DNA of 64,000 nucleotides from an uncultured Rikenella sp. Its GTDB lineage: Bacteria > Bacteroidota > Bacteroidia > Bacteroidales > VadinHA17. How positions within the stretch are numbered: position 1 is the stretch's first letter; each line of letters starts with the position of its first letter. Positions 55,689 through 63,712 of the stretch are shown here, one piece after another. The stretch is taken from assembly GCA_964579645.1 (NCBI GenBank), contig CAZOHL010000003.1, positions 1,375 through 65,374 of the forward strand, read 5' to 3'. The translations under genes were made by a program, and so were the position numbers. The notes below the pieces were generated by a model. That model had not been told where the DNA came from, made no database searches, and worked only from the letters and a program-made list of their open reading frames with translations.

Positions 55689-56339
55689 ATGAGATGTGAC
55701 AATTGTGGCTGGGATAATTCTGCCAACAGGGTAAGATGCGAAAAATGCAATACCAATCTCAGCGGTACGGAAAAGTCAGCTCCTGTTTCAGGGCAGGAAG
55801 CCGAAAACCTAAAAAAAACAATTAACGGAAGACAGCCTTCAGGCAATGACTACCTCGATTCACCAGGGGAGAGAGGAGAGAAGGTAACAACCAGGTGCAA
55901 AACCTGTGGTTATCCGGTGATAACAGGTGTTTCCCGGTGCCCTGAATGTGGAAATGTACTCCATTCAGATCGCGGGTCGGATGTGGAACCTGGTCCGGTA
56001 ATCTGGGGAGCCGGGCAAAAAACAATCGATCCGTTCAGAAGACCGGTACAGCCGAAGTTCTGCCTGCAGCCGCAATCCGGGGAAGATGAAATGGACCTTA
56101 AAGAGAAAAGCTATTCCGGTCACGAGGTGATACTTAACAGGGATAACCTTGAAGAAGGCAATATTACAATAACTGGAGGCCGCCAGGCTGTTATCACAAA
56201 CCGGGGCGGAAACTGGTTCATAGAAGACACAAGTCCCCGACAAACAACTTTCATTCAGGTTAATGGTTCAGTAAGACTGCAACCGGGTGATGTGATCCTG
56301 ATGGGTAACCGGAGATTTATCTTCAAACCCTGCGAATGA
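55689..56339 (+). CDS. Double zinc-ribbon protein with C-terminal degenerate FHA-like domain
   Basis: The ribbons are CDNCGWDNSANRVRCEKC and CKTCGYPVITGVSRCPEC. The C-terminus is VILNRDN...GGRQAVITNRGGNWFIEDTS..QTTFIQVNG...LQPGDVILMGNRRFIF, which has an FHA-like layout with non-canonical G-R and S-x-x-H positions. Confidence 0.6.
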   Translation: MRCDNCGWDNSANRVRCEKCNTNLSGTEKSAPVSGQEAENLKKTINGRQPSGNDYLDSPGERGEKVTTRCKTCGYPVITGVSRCPECGNVLHSDRGSDVEPGPVIWGAGQKTIDPFRRPVQPKFCLQPQSGEDEMDLKEKSYSGHEVILNRDNLEEGNITITGGRQAVITNRGGNWFIEDTSPRQTTFIQVNGSVRLQPGDVILMGNRRFIFKPCE

Positions 56340-57661
56340 AGGACGATTCTCCGGACAGTCTGGCCTCATACCAGATCCCTCAGCGATTCCTCCCCCAGGC
56401 AGGTGAGGTTATTGACAATTACAGGATCATAAAGATCCTTGGAGAAGGCACATTCGGCATTGTCTATAAGGTTGAAGAAGTGACCTCGGGTGATGTCTTT
56501 GCCCTCAAGCTGCTCAAACTATGGTCTATAGCTTATGAGGAAGAGCGGCGGCTTGTGCTTCAGCGCTTCGATCTTGAATATAAGACAGGTCTGATAGAAA
56601 GCGACTACCTGGTGTGTTCCAGGGGCTGTGGCCGGGCAAAGGGAAATCCTTATATCCTCATGGAATTTTGTCCGGGTGGCGACCTGAGAAAAGCCGGCGA
56701 TTCAGGGCTTTCCGCCGAAAGACTGTACCGTGCAGGCATAGAAATTCTTTTAGGCCTCAGGGACTTGCACGATAACGGCAAGATACACCGTGACCTCAAG
56801 CCGGATAATGTGCTTCTTGATGAGAAAGGGAGAGCGAAACTGACTGACTTTGGCATCTCCGGGCATAAAAATGTCCGTATGACAAAACGCAACCTTTTCG
56901 GTCAGCCTCAGGAAGTATTCGGAACCTACGCATACATGCCTCCCGAACAGCTAAAACCAAGGGATGCAACCAAGCTGCCTGCAACTGACATTTATTCTTT
57001 CGGAGTGCTTATTTTCGAATTGTTAACAGGAAAACTTCCATTCGGCCCCCTGAAAACAGAGTCAGACCTTGGTGAATACGTAAGCCGGGTAAATACCTCA
57101 CGATGGGACGACATCCGGACCCTGCGCCCGGACATAGATCATTCATGGGCTCGTGTGATAGAAAAATGTCTTCAGCCGGATTACCGGAAAAGATATGCCT
57201 CAGTCCTTGAAATACTTAACGATCTGGGTGTTGAGCCCGGGGCAGACCTTCCGGAACCGGAACCCGGGAAAACTGATTTTGCGTTGCAGGTGAAACAGGG
57301 GGAAGATTCCGGCAGGATATATAATCTGGAAGAATTGAAGAGATCGAAGGGTACTGCTAGGTTTCTGGTAGGGCGGAATGATGAAGAGGAGGCTATTTTC
57401 AACGACGTCGATATCAGGGAAACACCCCCTGACGGAAAAAACTATTATATCTCGAGGAAGCAGGCGACAATAGAACATGACCCTTCAACCGGCAGATGGT
57501 ACCTCAGAGACGGACAGTGGGCAAGAGAGGAAAGAACCTGGAAAAATTCACTTAACGGGTCTTTTGTGAACTCCTACAGGGCAGGAGAGGAGGGGTATCC
57601 TCTGAATCCGGGCGATATAATTACGCTGGGTGAAACCACACTCAAGGTAACTTTTGTATGA
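56336..57661 (+). CDS. Soluble Hanks-type Ser/Thr protein kinase with C-terminal FHA domain
   Basis: Kinase motifs are GEGTFGIVYKV, VFALKLLK, HRDLKPDNVLL, DFGIS and YMPPEQ. The FHA domain is FLVGRNDEE...ISRKQATIEHD...WYLRDG...SLNGSFVN...PGDIITLGETTLKV. No TM helix is present. The start overlaps the upstream stop (ATGA). Confidence 0.85.
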   Translation: MKDDSPDSLASYQIPQRFLPQAGEVIDNYRIIKILGEGTFGIVYKVEEVTSGDVFALKLLKLWSIAYEEERRLVLQRFDLEYKTGLIESDYLVCSRGCGRAKGNPYILMEFCPGGDLRKAGDSGLSAERLYRAGIEILLGLRDLHDNGKIHRDLKPDNVLLDEKGRAKLTDFGISGHKNVRMTKRNLFGQPQEVFGTYAYMPPEQLKPRDATKLPATDIYSFGVLIFELLTGKLPFGPLKTESDLGEYVSRVNTSRWDDIRTLRPDIDHSWARVIEKCLQPDYRKRYASVLEILNDLGVEPGADLPEPEPGKTDFALQVKQGEDSGRIYNLEELKRSKGTARFLVGRNDEEEAIFNDVDIRETPPDGKNYYISRKQATIEHDPSTGRWYLRDGQWAREERTWKNSLNGSFVNSYRAGEEGYPLNPGDIITLGETTLKVTFV

Positions 57662-57723
57662 CTTTTCCGACAATGCGATCATAATACAGAGAAGAAAATT
57701 CACGATCTGCTAACACAATAACC

Positions 57724-59190
57724 ATGACAAAAGAAACCACAATCAACGAGCCTAATCGTTTCTCCAAATCGGTTGGAGCCGGAATGAAATCAGTTTTCGG
57801 ATCCAAAGGCAGGAGCTATTTCGTACTTGAGCACCTCGACTCATCAAAAAAACACAAAAAGGGTGAAAGCCAGGAAATAATTATTGACCACATTGAGATA
57901 GGGCGCGATCCGAAATGCCAGGTCGTTTTCGCCGAAGATTTTCCGACAGTTAGCAGGCGCCATGCATCAATCACCCGTGAAGGTGACAAATGGGTTCTCA
58001 AGCAACTTTCAGAAAAAAATCCGACCCTGGTAAACGGAAAACCTATAGCCAAATCATGGTTTCTGCAGTCAGGTGATGAAATTAAGTTTTCCTATGAAGG
58101 ACCTTCGGTCAGGTTCTTTGTCCCAGGCAACAACACCGTGGGCACGCTTGGGTTTACAAAGCGGCTGAACCTCTTCAGAAAGCAGGCTTTGCGTCCATAT
58201 AAAGCAGCGATGTCCATCCTTGCAGCCGTATTTGTCCTGGCATTTCTCGGATTGGGATATTTTATCCGGCAGCAGTCAAAAGTAATCGAGACTCAGAACA
58301 CAATGCTTTCCGATCTGAAAACTGTAACTGAGCAACAGGCTGCAGAGCTTATAGAACAGAACCGGAAAAACGAGGAACTTGTAAGTTCACTGAAAGAGAA
58401 GATCAGGACCATTGAGAGTGTTCAGGTCGAACAGTCTTCCCGTCTGGCCTCCACCCAGGCCGATGTAAGTGTTGAAGCAATTTATCCGAGCGTATTTTAT
58501 CTTTATTGCCAGGGTATTTCGATAAGGATGCCTGATGGAACAGAATACAGTGCAGATGATTTTGGCTGGTCGGGTACCGGATTCCTCCTCGATGACGGAA
58601 GATTGGTGACTGCCCGCCATGTGGTAGAACCATGGTACTATCCAAGTTCTTCAGAAGATCCCTCACTGGGCATCAACGCGATGATACAGATGGGTGCTGT
58701 CCTTGATTACACCCTGGTTGCCGTTTCGCCCGGAGGAGCAGCATACAATTTAAGAGGTGATTCTTTCCGGATCAATAAATCAAAGGACCAGACCGTCACC
58801 CTGTCAGACGGCAATGTTGTAAAACTTGCTCCGTTGCCTGATGATTCAGACTGGGCCTATGCAACAACCAACCTCAGGGGCACCCTTCAGATTGATAATC
58901 AGCTTGCGGGTTCCCTTCAAACGCAAAGCGAACTCCACATACTGGGGTATCCTCTTAGCCTTGGTGCAACCAACCCTGATGATATTTCTCCGCTTTACAG
59001 CACAACACGGGTTGCCAGGACAGGCTTGCATGACGGTCTCATCTACACAACCGACAGGAACTTTGACCATGGGAACTCGGGTGGACCTGTAATGTACTAT
59101 CAGAACGGAAGCTACAAGGTAGTGGGAATTGTCTCAGCCGGTACCGGCGACGCTGTTGGATTTATTGTGCCAGTCTCAGCTCTCTATTAA
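57724..59190 (+). CDS. FHA domain - TM helix - coiled coil - trypsin-like (S1/Trypsin_2) serine protease
   Basis: The FHA domain is IEIGRDPKCQVVF...VSRRHASITREGDKWVLKQLS.KNPTLVNG...LQSGDEIKF. The TM helix is AAMSILAAVFVLAFLGLGYFI. The protease triad context is TARHVV (His), SDWAY (Asp) and HGNSGGPV (Ser). Confidence 0.8.
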   Translation: MTKETTINEPNRFSKSVGAGMKSVFGSKGRSYFVLEHLDSSKKHKKGESQEIIIDHIEIGRDPKCQVVFAEDFPTVSRRHASITREGDKWVLKQLSEKNPTLVNGKPIAKSWFLQSGDEIKFSYEGPSVRFFVPGNNTVGTLGFTKRLNLFRKQALRPYKAAMSILAAVFVLAFLGLGYFIRQQSKVIETQNTMLSDLKTVTEQQAAELIEQNRKNEELVSSLKEKIRTIESVQVEQSSRLASTQADVSVEAIYPSVFYLYCQGISIRMPDGTEYSADDFGWSGTGFLLDDGRLVTARHVVEPWYYPSSSEDPSLGINAMIQMGAVLDYTLVAVSPGGAAYNLRGDSFRINKSKDQTVTLSDGNVVKLAPLPDDSDWAYATTNLRGTLQIDNQLAGSLQTQSELHILGYPLSLGATNPDDISPLYSTTRVARTGLHDGLIYTTDRNFDHGNSGGPVMYYQNGSYKVVGIVSAGTGDAVGFIVPVSALY

Positions 59191-59272
59191 CCTTCAGAAA
59201 CAATACAGTAAATTCTTGTTTTAGACACGATCTCCCCGGATCAGAACGCCGGGCCGTAAAAAAATCAAATCT

Positions 59273-62203
59273 ATGAACCTTAAGGAAAATGCACTATTTG
59301 CCGGACGTTACCTGCTGCTGAAACTGATTGGTGTGGGAGGATTCTCTGAAGTATGGCTGGCCACCGACCAGATGACAGAGGATACAAGGGTCGCCATTAA
59401 AGTTTTCGTTCCGGACAAAGGCCTGGACGAAGACGGGATTCACCAGTTCCGGAAGGAGTATGCCCTCACCCAGCCCCTGAACCATTCAAACCTGCTTAAA
59501 GCAAACTATTTCGATATATTCGAGTCTTCGCCTTACCTGGTGATGCCTTTCATGGAAAACGGGTCGCTCAGCAAACTGATGTACAAGAAAGGGACTTTCA
59601 GTGAAGAGGAGATCGTCGAGATCATAAGGCAGATCGGCTCGGGGATGGCCTATCTTCACAGGAACAACATCGTTCACCAGGACATCAAGCCGGACAATAT
59701 TCTTGTTGACCGGGAGGACAATTACCTTCTGACGGACTTCGGGATAAGCAGTAAAATGAGGAATACCCTGACACGTCATTCCACCAGTAAAACTGCGATG
59801 ACAGTATCGTACGCGCCACCTGAGCGTTTTGGCAAGTACCCGCAGACAACACCTGCAGGTGATATTTTCTCCTTTGGTGTGATGATGTATGAACTCACCA
59901 CAGGCGAGGTTCCCTGGATGGGTGCCGGCGGAGTGGTCCTCAGAAGTGACGATCAGGTGCCCTTGATCCCTGAAACCTACTCACCCGCGCTTTCTTCGAT
60001 CATTGAGAAATGCATGTCGGTTGACCCGGCAAACCGACCCACCGCTCGCGATCTTGCTGACTTTGCAAACGATTATTTCTACAAAAAAAGCCAGCCTCCT
60101 GCACCAGTCAAGGGAGGGAAGAAGACTGTTCTTCTCAATCATGATGCTGTACAGTATGATCAGCCACCTTCCGGAGAAAAGCGATCCGGTACCCGCAAGG
60201 GGAGTGAAACCGTGATAGACAACAGACAGGGGCAGAAGGGAAAGATTAAAGCAACTGTAGCGGGGGCTTCATCAAAGGAACAGGCATACCAGGCTGATTC
60301 GCAGGAGACTGTAAAATCACGTAAAAACCGCAGACCCGGACTGAAAGTAATCATTCCTGCTGCCTGCCTGGTTGTTGCTGCCGGAGCCTTCGTATTCTGG
60401 AATTTCAGCCGGACAAAGGTCGTTTATTACAAAAACTATGTTGAAGAATGGGGCGTTCCGCAGGGCATCCATGAGCTGACCGCCGAGGAGGTCAGCAGCC
60501 GTAATGCAAGCTACAAATTTGTCTTCTCAAAGGGTAAATTGAGGGAGATGAGCCGGGTCAACAGTAATGGATCCATCTCACCGCACAACGACTCTGAGCA
60601 GTTGGAACGGCCGGATCTCGCAACTTTTGTCTATAACAGGAACGGTGACCTTGATTATACGGAGGTTAAAGACAGAAATGGAATCGTTTACCTGGCAGAT
60701 TACGACCTGAAGGGAAAATCGGTAAGCTTTACCTACAACGATGTCTTAAGAACTCCGTATTACCTTACCGGCCGAACCTCGGCCTTTAAAGAAAATCCAT
60801 TTGCCACAAAGGGAAAGGTTAAAGGCAGCATTTCACGCTTTAACCTCACTTTTGACGACAAAGGCAGAGTTGTACAGGTTCTGTTTGCAAACCCGGACAA
60901 CATCAGCACCGGTGACCAGGATGCCGTTTACGGAAGGAAATACCTTTACGATGAAAGAGGCAACCTTACTCAGAAAACACTGATTGGAAGGGATGGCGGT
61001 AACGAAAACAACAACTCATTGATAAGCATTTCCAGGTATAAGTTTGATCAGGAAGACAACTGGATCTCTTCGGAATGGATTGACAGGGACAATAAGCCGG
61101 CACTCTGCAATAATGGCTTTTTCAGGGAGGAAAATACATTTGATACTTTTGGGAACATTGTTAAGGTTCTTCATTTTGACAGGAAGAACAATCTTTGTTT
61201 AACGTCTGATCTAGGCATTGCCGGCAATGTGCTGCAATACAACTCCAGTGGTCAGTGTATCAGGCAGGAATTTACTGACATTGCCGGGAAACTGACCCTG
61301 TCGAAATACGGAATGGCAATTGTAAAGTACACATATGACGAGTCTGGGAATATATCCAGGTATGAATACTTCGATGTAAATGACCAGCCGTGCCTGAGCA
61401 GGAACGGAGTGTTCGCAATTGCCTATAATTATGACAGCAGGGGTAACCAGACGGAATACTGGAACTACAACCTGGAAAACAAGTATTGCATCAACACCGA
61501 GAACGGCATTGCCGGTGAGACATTGACATATGATGCAGGCGGGAATGTTGTCAAGGCCCGCAATTTTAACGCAAACAGGGAACCACTGAATTCGGAATAC
61601 TATTACGCCGGGGTGGATCTTCAATATGACCTGCATAATAACATTCTGGAGCGTAAGCTGATAGTCCCTGAAAGATTACGGGCAGCCAATCCTGAATATA
61701 GGGATGTATCTGCACTGATTATCAGGTATAAGTACGACCTGCGCAATAATATCATTGAGGAGTCTTATCATGATCAGAATGGCGCTCCTTTCCTGTACAG
61801 CAAGGATTATCACGGCTCTTTGTCGGAATATGATGAGCGGGGAAATGTAACAAAGGTTAGCTATTTTGGATTAAACAGGGAACCTGCACGCGTGACGGTC
61901 CAGGCCATTTATGTAAAAAGACAATACGACCGGAAAAGCAATCTGATAGAAGAATCGTATTACGATAAAAACGATCAGCCCACCTATAACTACCCGGGTG
62001 GTTTTGCCGGATTTACAGCTACATATAACGACAGAAATCTTCAGACAAGCTGGAAACATTTTGATGTAAACCGTCAGCTTGCCGGTCTTAATGCTTCCGT
62101 CGTCGGAGCCGTCAGTACTTACGATGAAAATGGTACACTTATCGAAACCTATTACATCAACAAGAATCAGGAAAAGGTTGACTGGCGTGGCAACAGGATT
62201 TAA
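59273..62203 (+). CDS. Membrane Ser/Thr protein kinase (non-RD, HQD) with ~600-aa extracytoplasmic YD/RHS-like repeat domain
   Basis: Kinase motifs are GVGGFSEVWLA, VAIKVF, HQDIKPDNILV, DFGIS and YAPPER. A low-complexity K/Q/S linker is followed by the TM helix LKVIIPAACLVVAAGAFVFW. At least 9 repeats of the form x-Y-D-x-x-G-N-h-h-x-x-x-h-h-D-x-x-x-x-P follow (YTYDESGNISRYEYFDVNDQP, YNYDSRGNQTEYWNYN, LTYDAGGNVVKARNFNANREP, YKYDLRNNIIEESYHDQNGAP, SEYDERGNVTKVSYFGLNREP, RQYDRKSNLIEESYYDKNDQP, STYDENGTLIETYYINKNQE). Confidence 0.8.
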   Translation: MNLKENALFAGRYLLLKLIGVGGFSEVWLATDQMTEDTRVAIKVFVPDKGLDEDGIHQFRKEYALTQPLNHSNLLKANYFDIFESSPYLVMPFMENGSLSKLMYKKGTFSEEEIVEIIRQIGSGMAYLHRNNIVHQDIKPDNILVDREDNYLLTDFGISSKMRNTLTRHSTSKTAMTVSYAPPERFGKYPQTTPAGDIFSFGVMMYELTTGEVPWMGAGGVVLRSDDQVPLIPETYSPALSSIIEKCMSVDPANRPTARDLADFANDYFYKKSQPPAPVKGGKKTVLLNHDAVQYDQPPSGEKRSGTRKGSETVIDNRQGQKGKIKATVAGASSKEQAYQADSQETVKSRKNRRPGLKVIIPAACLVVAAGAFVFWNFSRTKVVYYKNYVEEWGVPQGIHELTAEEVSSRNASYKFVFSKGKLREMSRVNSNGSISPHNDSEQLERPDLATFVYNRNGDLDYTEVKDRNGIVYLADYDLKGKSVSFTYNDVLRTPYYLTGRTSAFKENPFATKGKVKGSISRFNLTFDDKGRVVQVLFANPDNISTGDQDAVYGRKYLYDERGNLTQKTLIGRDGGNENNNSLISISRYKFDQEDNWISSEWIDRDNKPALCNNGFFREENTFDTFGNIVKVLHFDRKNNLCLTSDLGIAGNVLQYNSSGQCIRQEFTDIAGKLTLSKYGMAIVKYTYDESGNISRYEYFDVNDQPCLSRNGVFAIAYNYDSRGNQTEYWNYNLENKYCINTENGIAGETLTYDAGGNVVKARNFNANREPLNSEYYYAGVDLQYDLHNNILERKLIVPERLRAANPEYRDVSALIIRYKYDLRNNIIEESYHDQNGAPFLYSKDYHGSLSEYDERGNVTKVSYFGLNREPARVTVQAIYVKRQYDRKSNLIEESYYDKNDQPTYNYPGGFAGFTATYNDRNLQTSWKHFDVNRQLAGLNASVVGAVSTYDENGTLIETYYINKNQEKVDWRGNRI

Positions 62204-62306
62204 TTACCGGACAACTGTGACCTGCATTTTCATCAGAAAGTATATTTACAGATTAAAATTTTCACAACCGGAGCGTAACCGAATCGCTCCCTAACCTGAT
62301 AGAATT

Positions 62307-63512
62307 ATGGCAAGCAACACCACCCTCATGATCGCCGCACGAACCGATGTCGGCAGGGTCCGTGACCACAACGAGGACAATTTCATAGTTTGCCCGGACC
62401 TTGAACAGCAGAAATGGCATTTCGAAAACAACAGGATCGTCAGCCCTGGCGAAGCGGGGACTCTCCTGGTGGTGGCTGACGGGATGGGGGGGATGAATGC
62501 CGGCGAGGTTGCATCCAGGATTGCGGTTGATGCAATTAAATCCGTTTTCGGCGAGAAAATAAAACCCGGCTTTGTTCCTGACGACAACCTCATTGATAGC
62601 ACCCTGAAGGCTTCGGTAAAGCTTGCCAACAAGGAAATACTCAGAGAACAGCAACGTGATCCGGAGACCGAAGGTATGGGCACCACCATTGTTATTGCAT
62701 GGATCATAGGTGGTCGCCTTTATTGTGCCTGGTGCGGTGACAGCCGTTGTTATATTTACAATCCCGGTCTTGCCTCAGACAGTGAGCGGGCGGGCCGGTT
62801 TGCGGAAAGCCGGCACCATGTTTCGGGGAACCTTGCCCAGGTCACCAAAGACCACAGTGAGGTTCAGGAGCTGGTCGACAGGGGTATACTTACGGTCGAG
62901 CAGGCATTTTATCATCCGAACAGCAATATAATTACACGCAGCCTAGGTAGTGACGAGGGAGGAGCAACGCCGGAGCTGTTCACATGCGACATCAAACCTG
63001 GCGACCGGATACTTCTTTGCAGTGACGGACTGTGCGGACTGCTGACTGACGAGCAGATATGTGAGGGGGTGAAGGCTGAGCCAGACCCCGGCGAATGTGT
63101 GCGGAGCCTGGTAGATGCCGCCAACGATGCCGGCGGAAATGATAATATTACGGTCGTAATGACCGACGTGAAGGAGGTTGGGTCAGTGGCAACTGTTACA
63201 GTCAGTGAGAAACGCCGGAAAAGGTACTTTCCGGGAATCCTGCTGGCTGCTGTTGCAATGTTGCTTACAGGCTACTTAATTTTCAGGGAAAAGGATAACG
63301 GATTCCTTGTCCTGGTTTCTCCGTCAGCCTTTGTCGATGCGAGCGGCGATACTATAACGGTCCCGGCTTCAGATTCCCTAAGCCTCTCGCCGGGACGGCA
63401 GTTCACCCTAGAAATGATTGCCTGTGACAGCACTGAGGTCAGGGATGGGGGTGATTCCCTGGCAATACTTGACAAAGGGGCAACTGTTTACATAAGGCCA
63501 CAGGAGAAATAA
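62307..63512 (+). CDS. Membrane-anchored PP2C-family Ser/Thr phosphatase with ~75-aa extracytoplasmic tail
   Basis: Motifs are RTDVGRVRDHNEDNF, VADGMGG, CGDSRCY, LCSDGL and GGNDNITVV. The TM helix is YFPGILLAAVAMLLTGYLIF, followed by a 75-aa C-terminal domain. Confidence 0.85.
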   Translation: MASNTTLMIAARTDVGRVRDHNEDNFIVCPDLEQQKWHFENNRIVSPGEAGTLLVVADGMGGMNAGEVASRIAVDAIKSVFGEKIKPGFVPDDNLIDSTLKASVKLANKEILREQQRDPETEGMGTTIVIAWIIGGRLYCAWCGDSRCYIYNPGLASDSERAGRFAESRHHVSGNLAQVTKDHSEVQELVDRGILTVEQAFYHPNSNIITRSLGSDEGGATPELFTCDIKPGDRILLCSDGLCGLLTDEQICEGVKAEPDPGECVRSLVDAANDAGGNDNITVVMTDVKEVGSVATVTVSEKRRKRYFPGILLAAVAMLLTGYLIFREKDNGFLVLVSPSAFVDASGDTITVPASDSLSLSPGRQFTLEMIACDSTEVRDGGDSLAILDKGATVYIRPQEK

Positions 63513-63569
63513 GGGATAAATAGCACCAGAACCAGGTCATGCAGGGTCATAGGTTCTGGCATAAATCAG

Positions 63570-63606
63570 AAAGAGGCTGCCCCTTTTGAGACAGCCTCTT
63601 TTCTTT
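63570..63606 (+). terminator. Rho-independent terminator closing the FHA/kinase operon
   Basis: AAAGAGGCTG-ccccttttgaga-CAGCCTCTTTTCTTTC forms a stem followed by a T-rich tail, 58 nt after the PP2C stop. Confidence 0.75.
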
Positions 63607-63712
63607 CATTTTGGCACACAGAGAACAATCTTTGGGACAAATAGAACACTAAGTTTCTAGAGTATGGTCGAGATTTGTACAAAGACTTGGCATTAACTAA
63701 AACAGTTCAGTT

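Noticed and set aside
60410-62200. The idea that the YD-like repeat region marks an Rhs/teneurin-type polymorphic toxin.
   Set aside because: The repeats are C-terminal to a kinase and a TM helix. The region shows no visible Rhs core-end (PxxxxDPxGL-like) motif or variable toxin tip, and no adjacent immunity-sized ORF.
55689-63512. The idea that the FHA/kinase/PP2C genes are the threonine-phosphorylation regulators of a type VI secretion system (PpkA/PppA/Fha1-like).
   Set aside because: No T6SS structural genes (TssB/C, Hcp, VgrG, TssK and others) occur anywhere in the 64-kb window. The cluster also has extra components (trypsin protease, repeat ectodomain) that are not part of that pathway. 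A distant T6SS locus elsewhere in the genome cannot be excluded.
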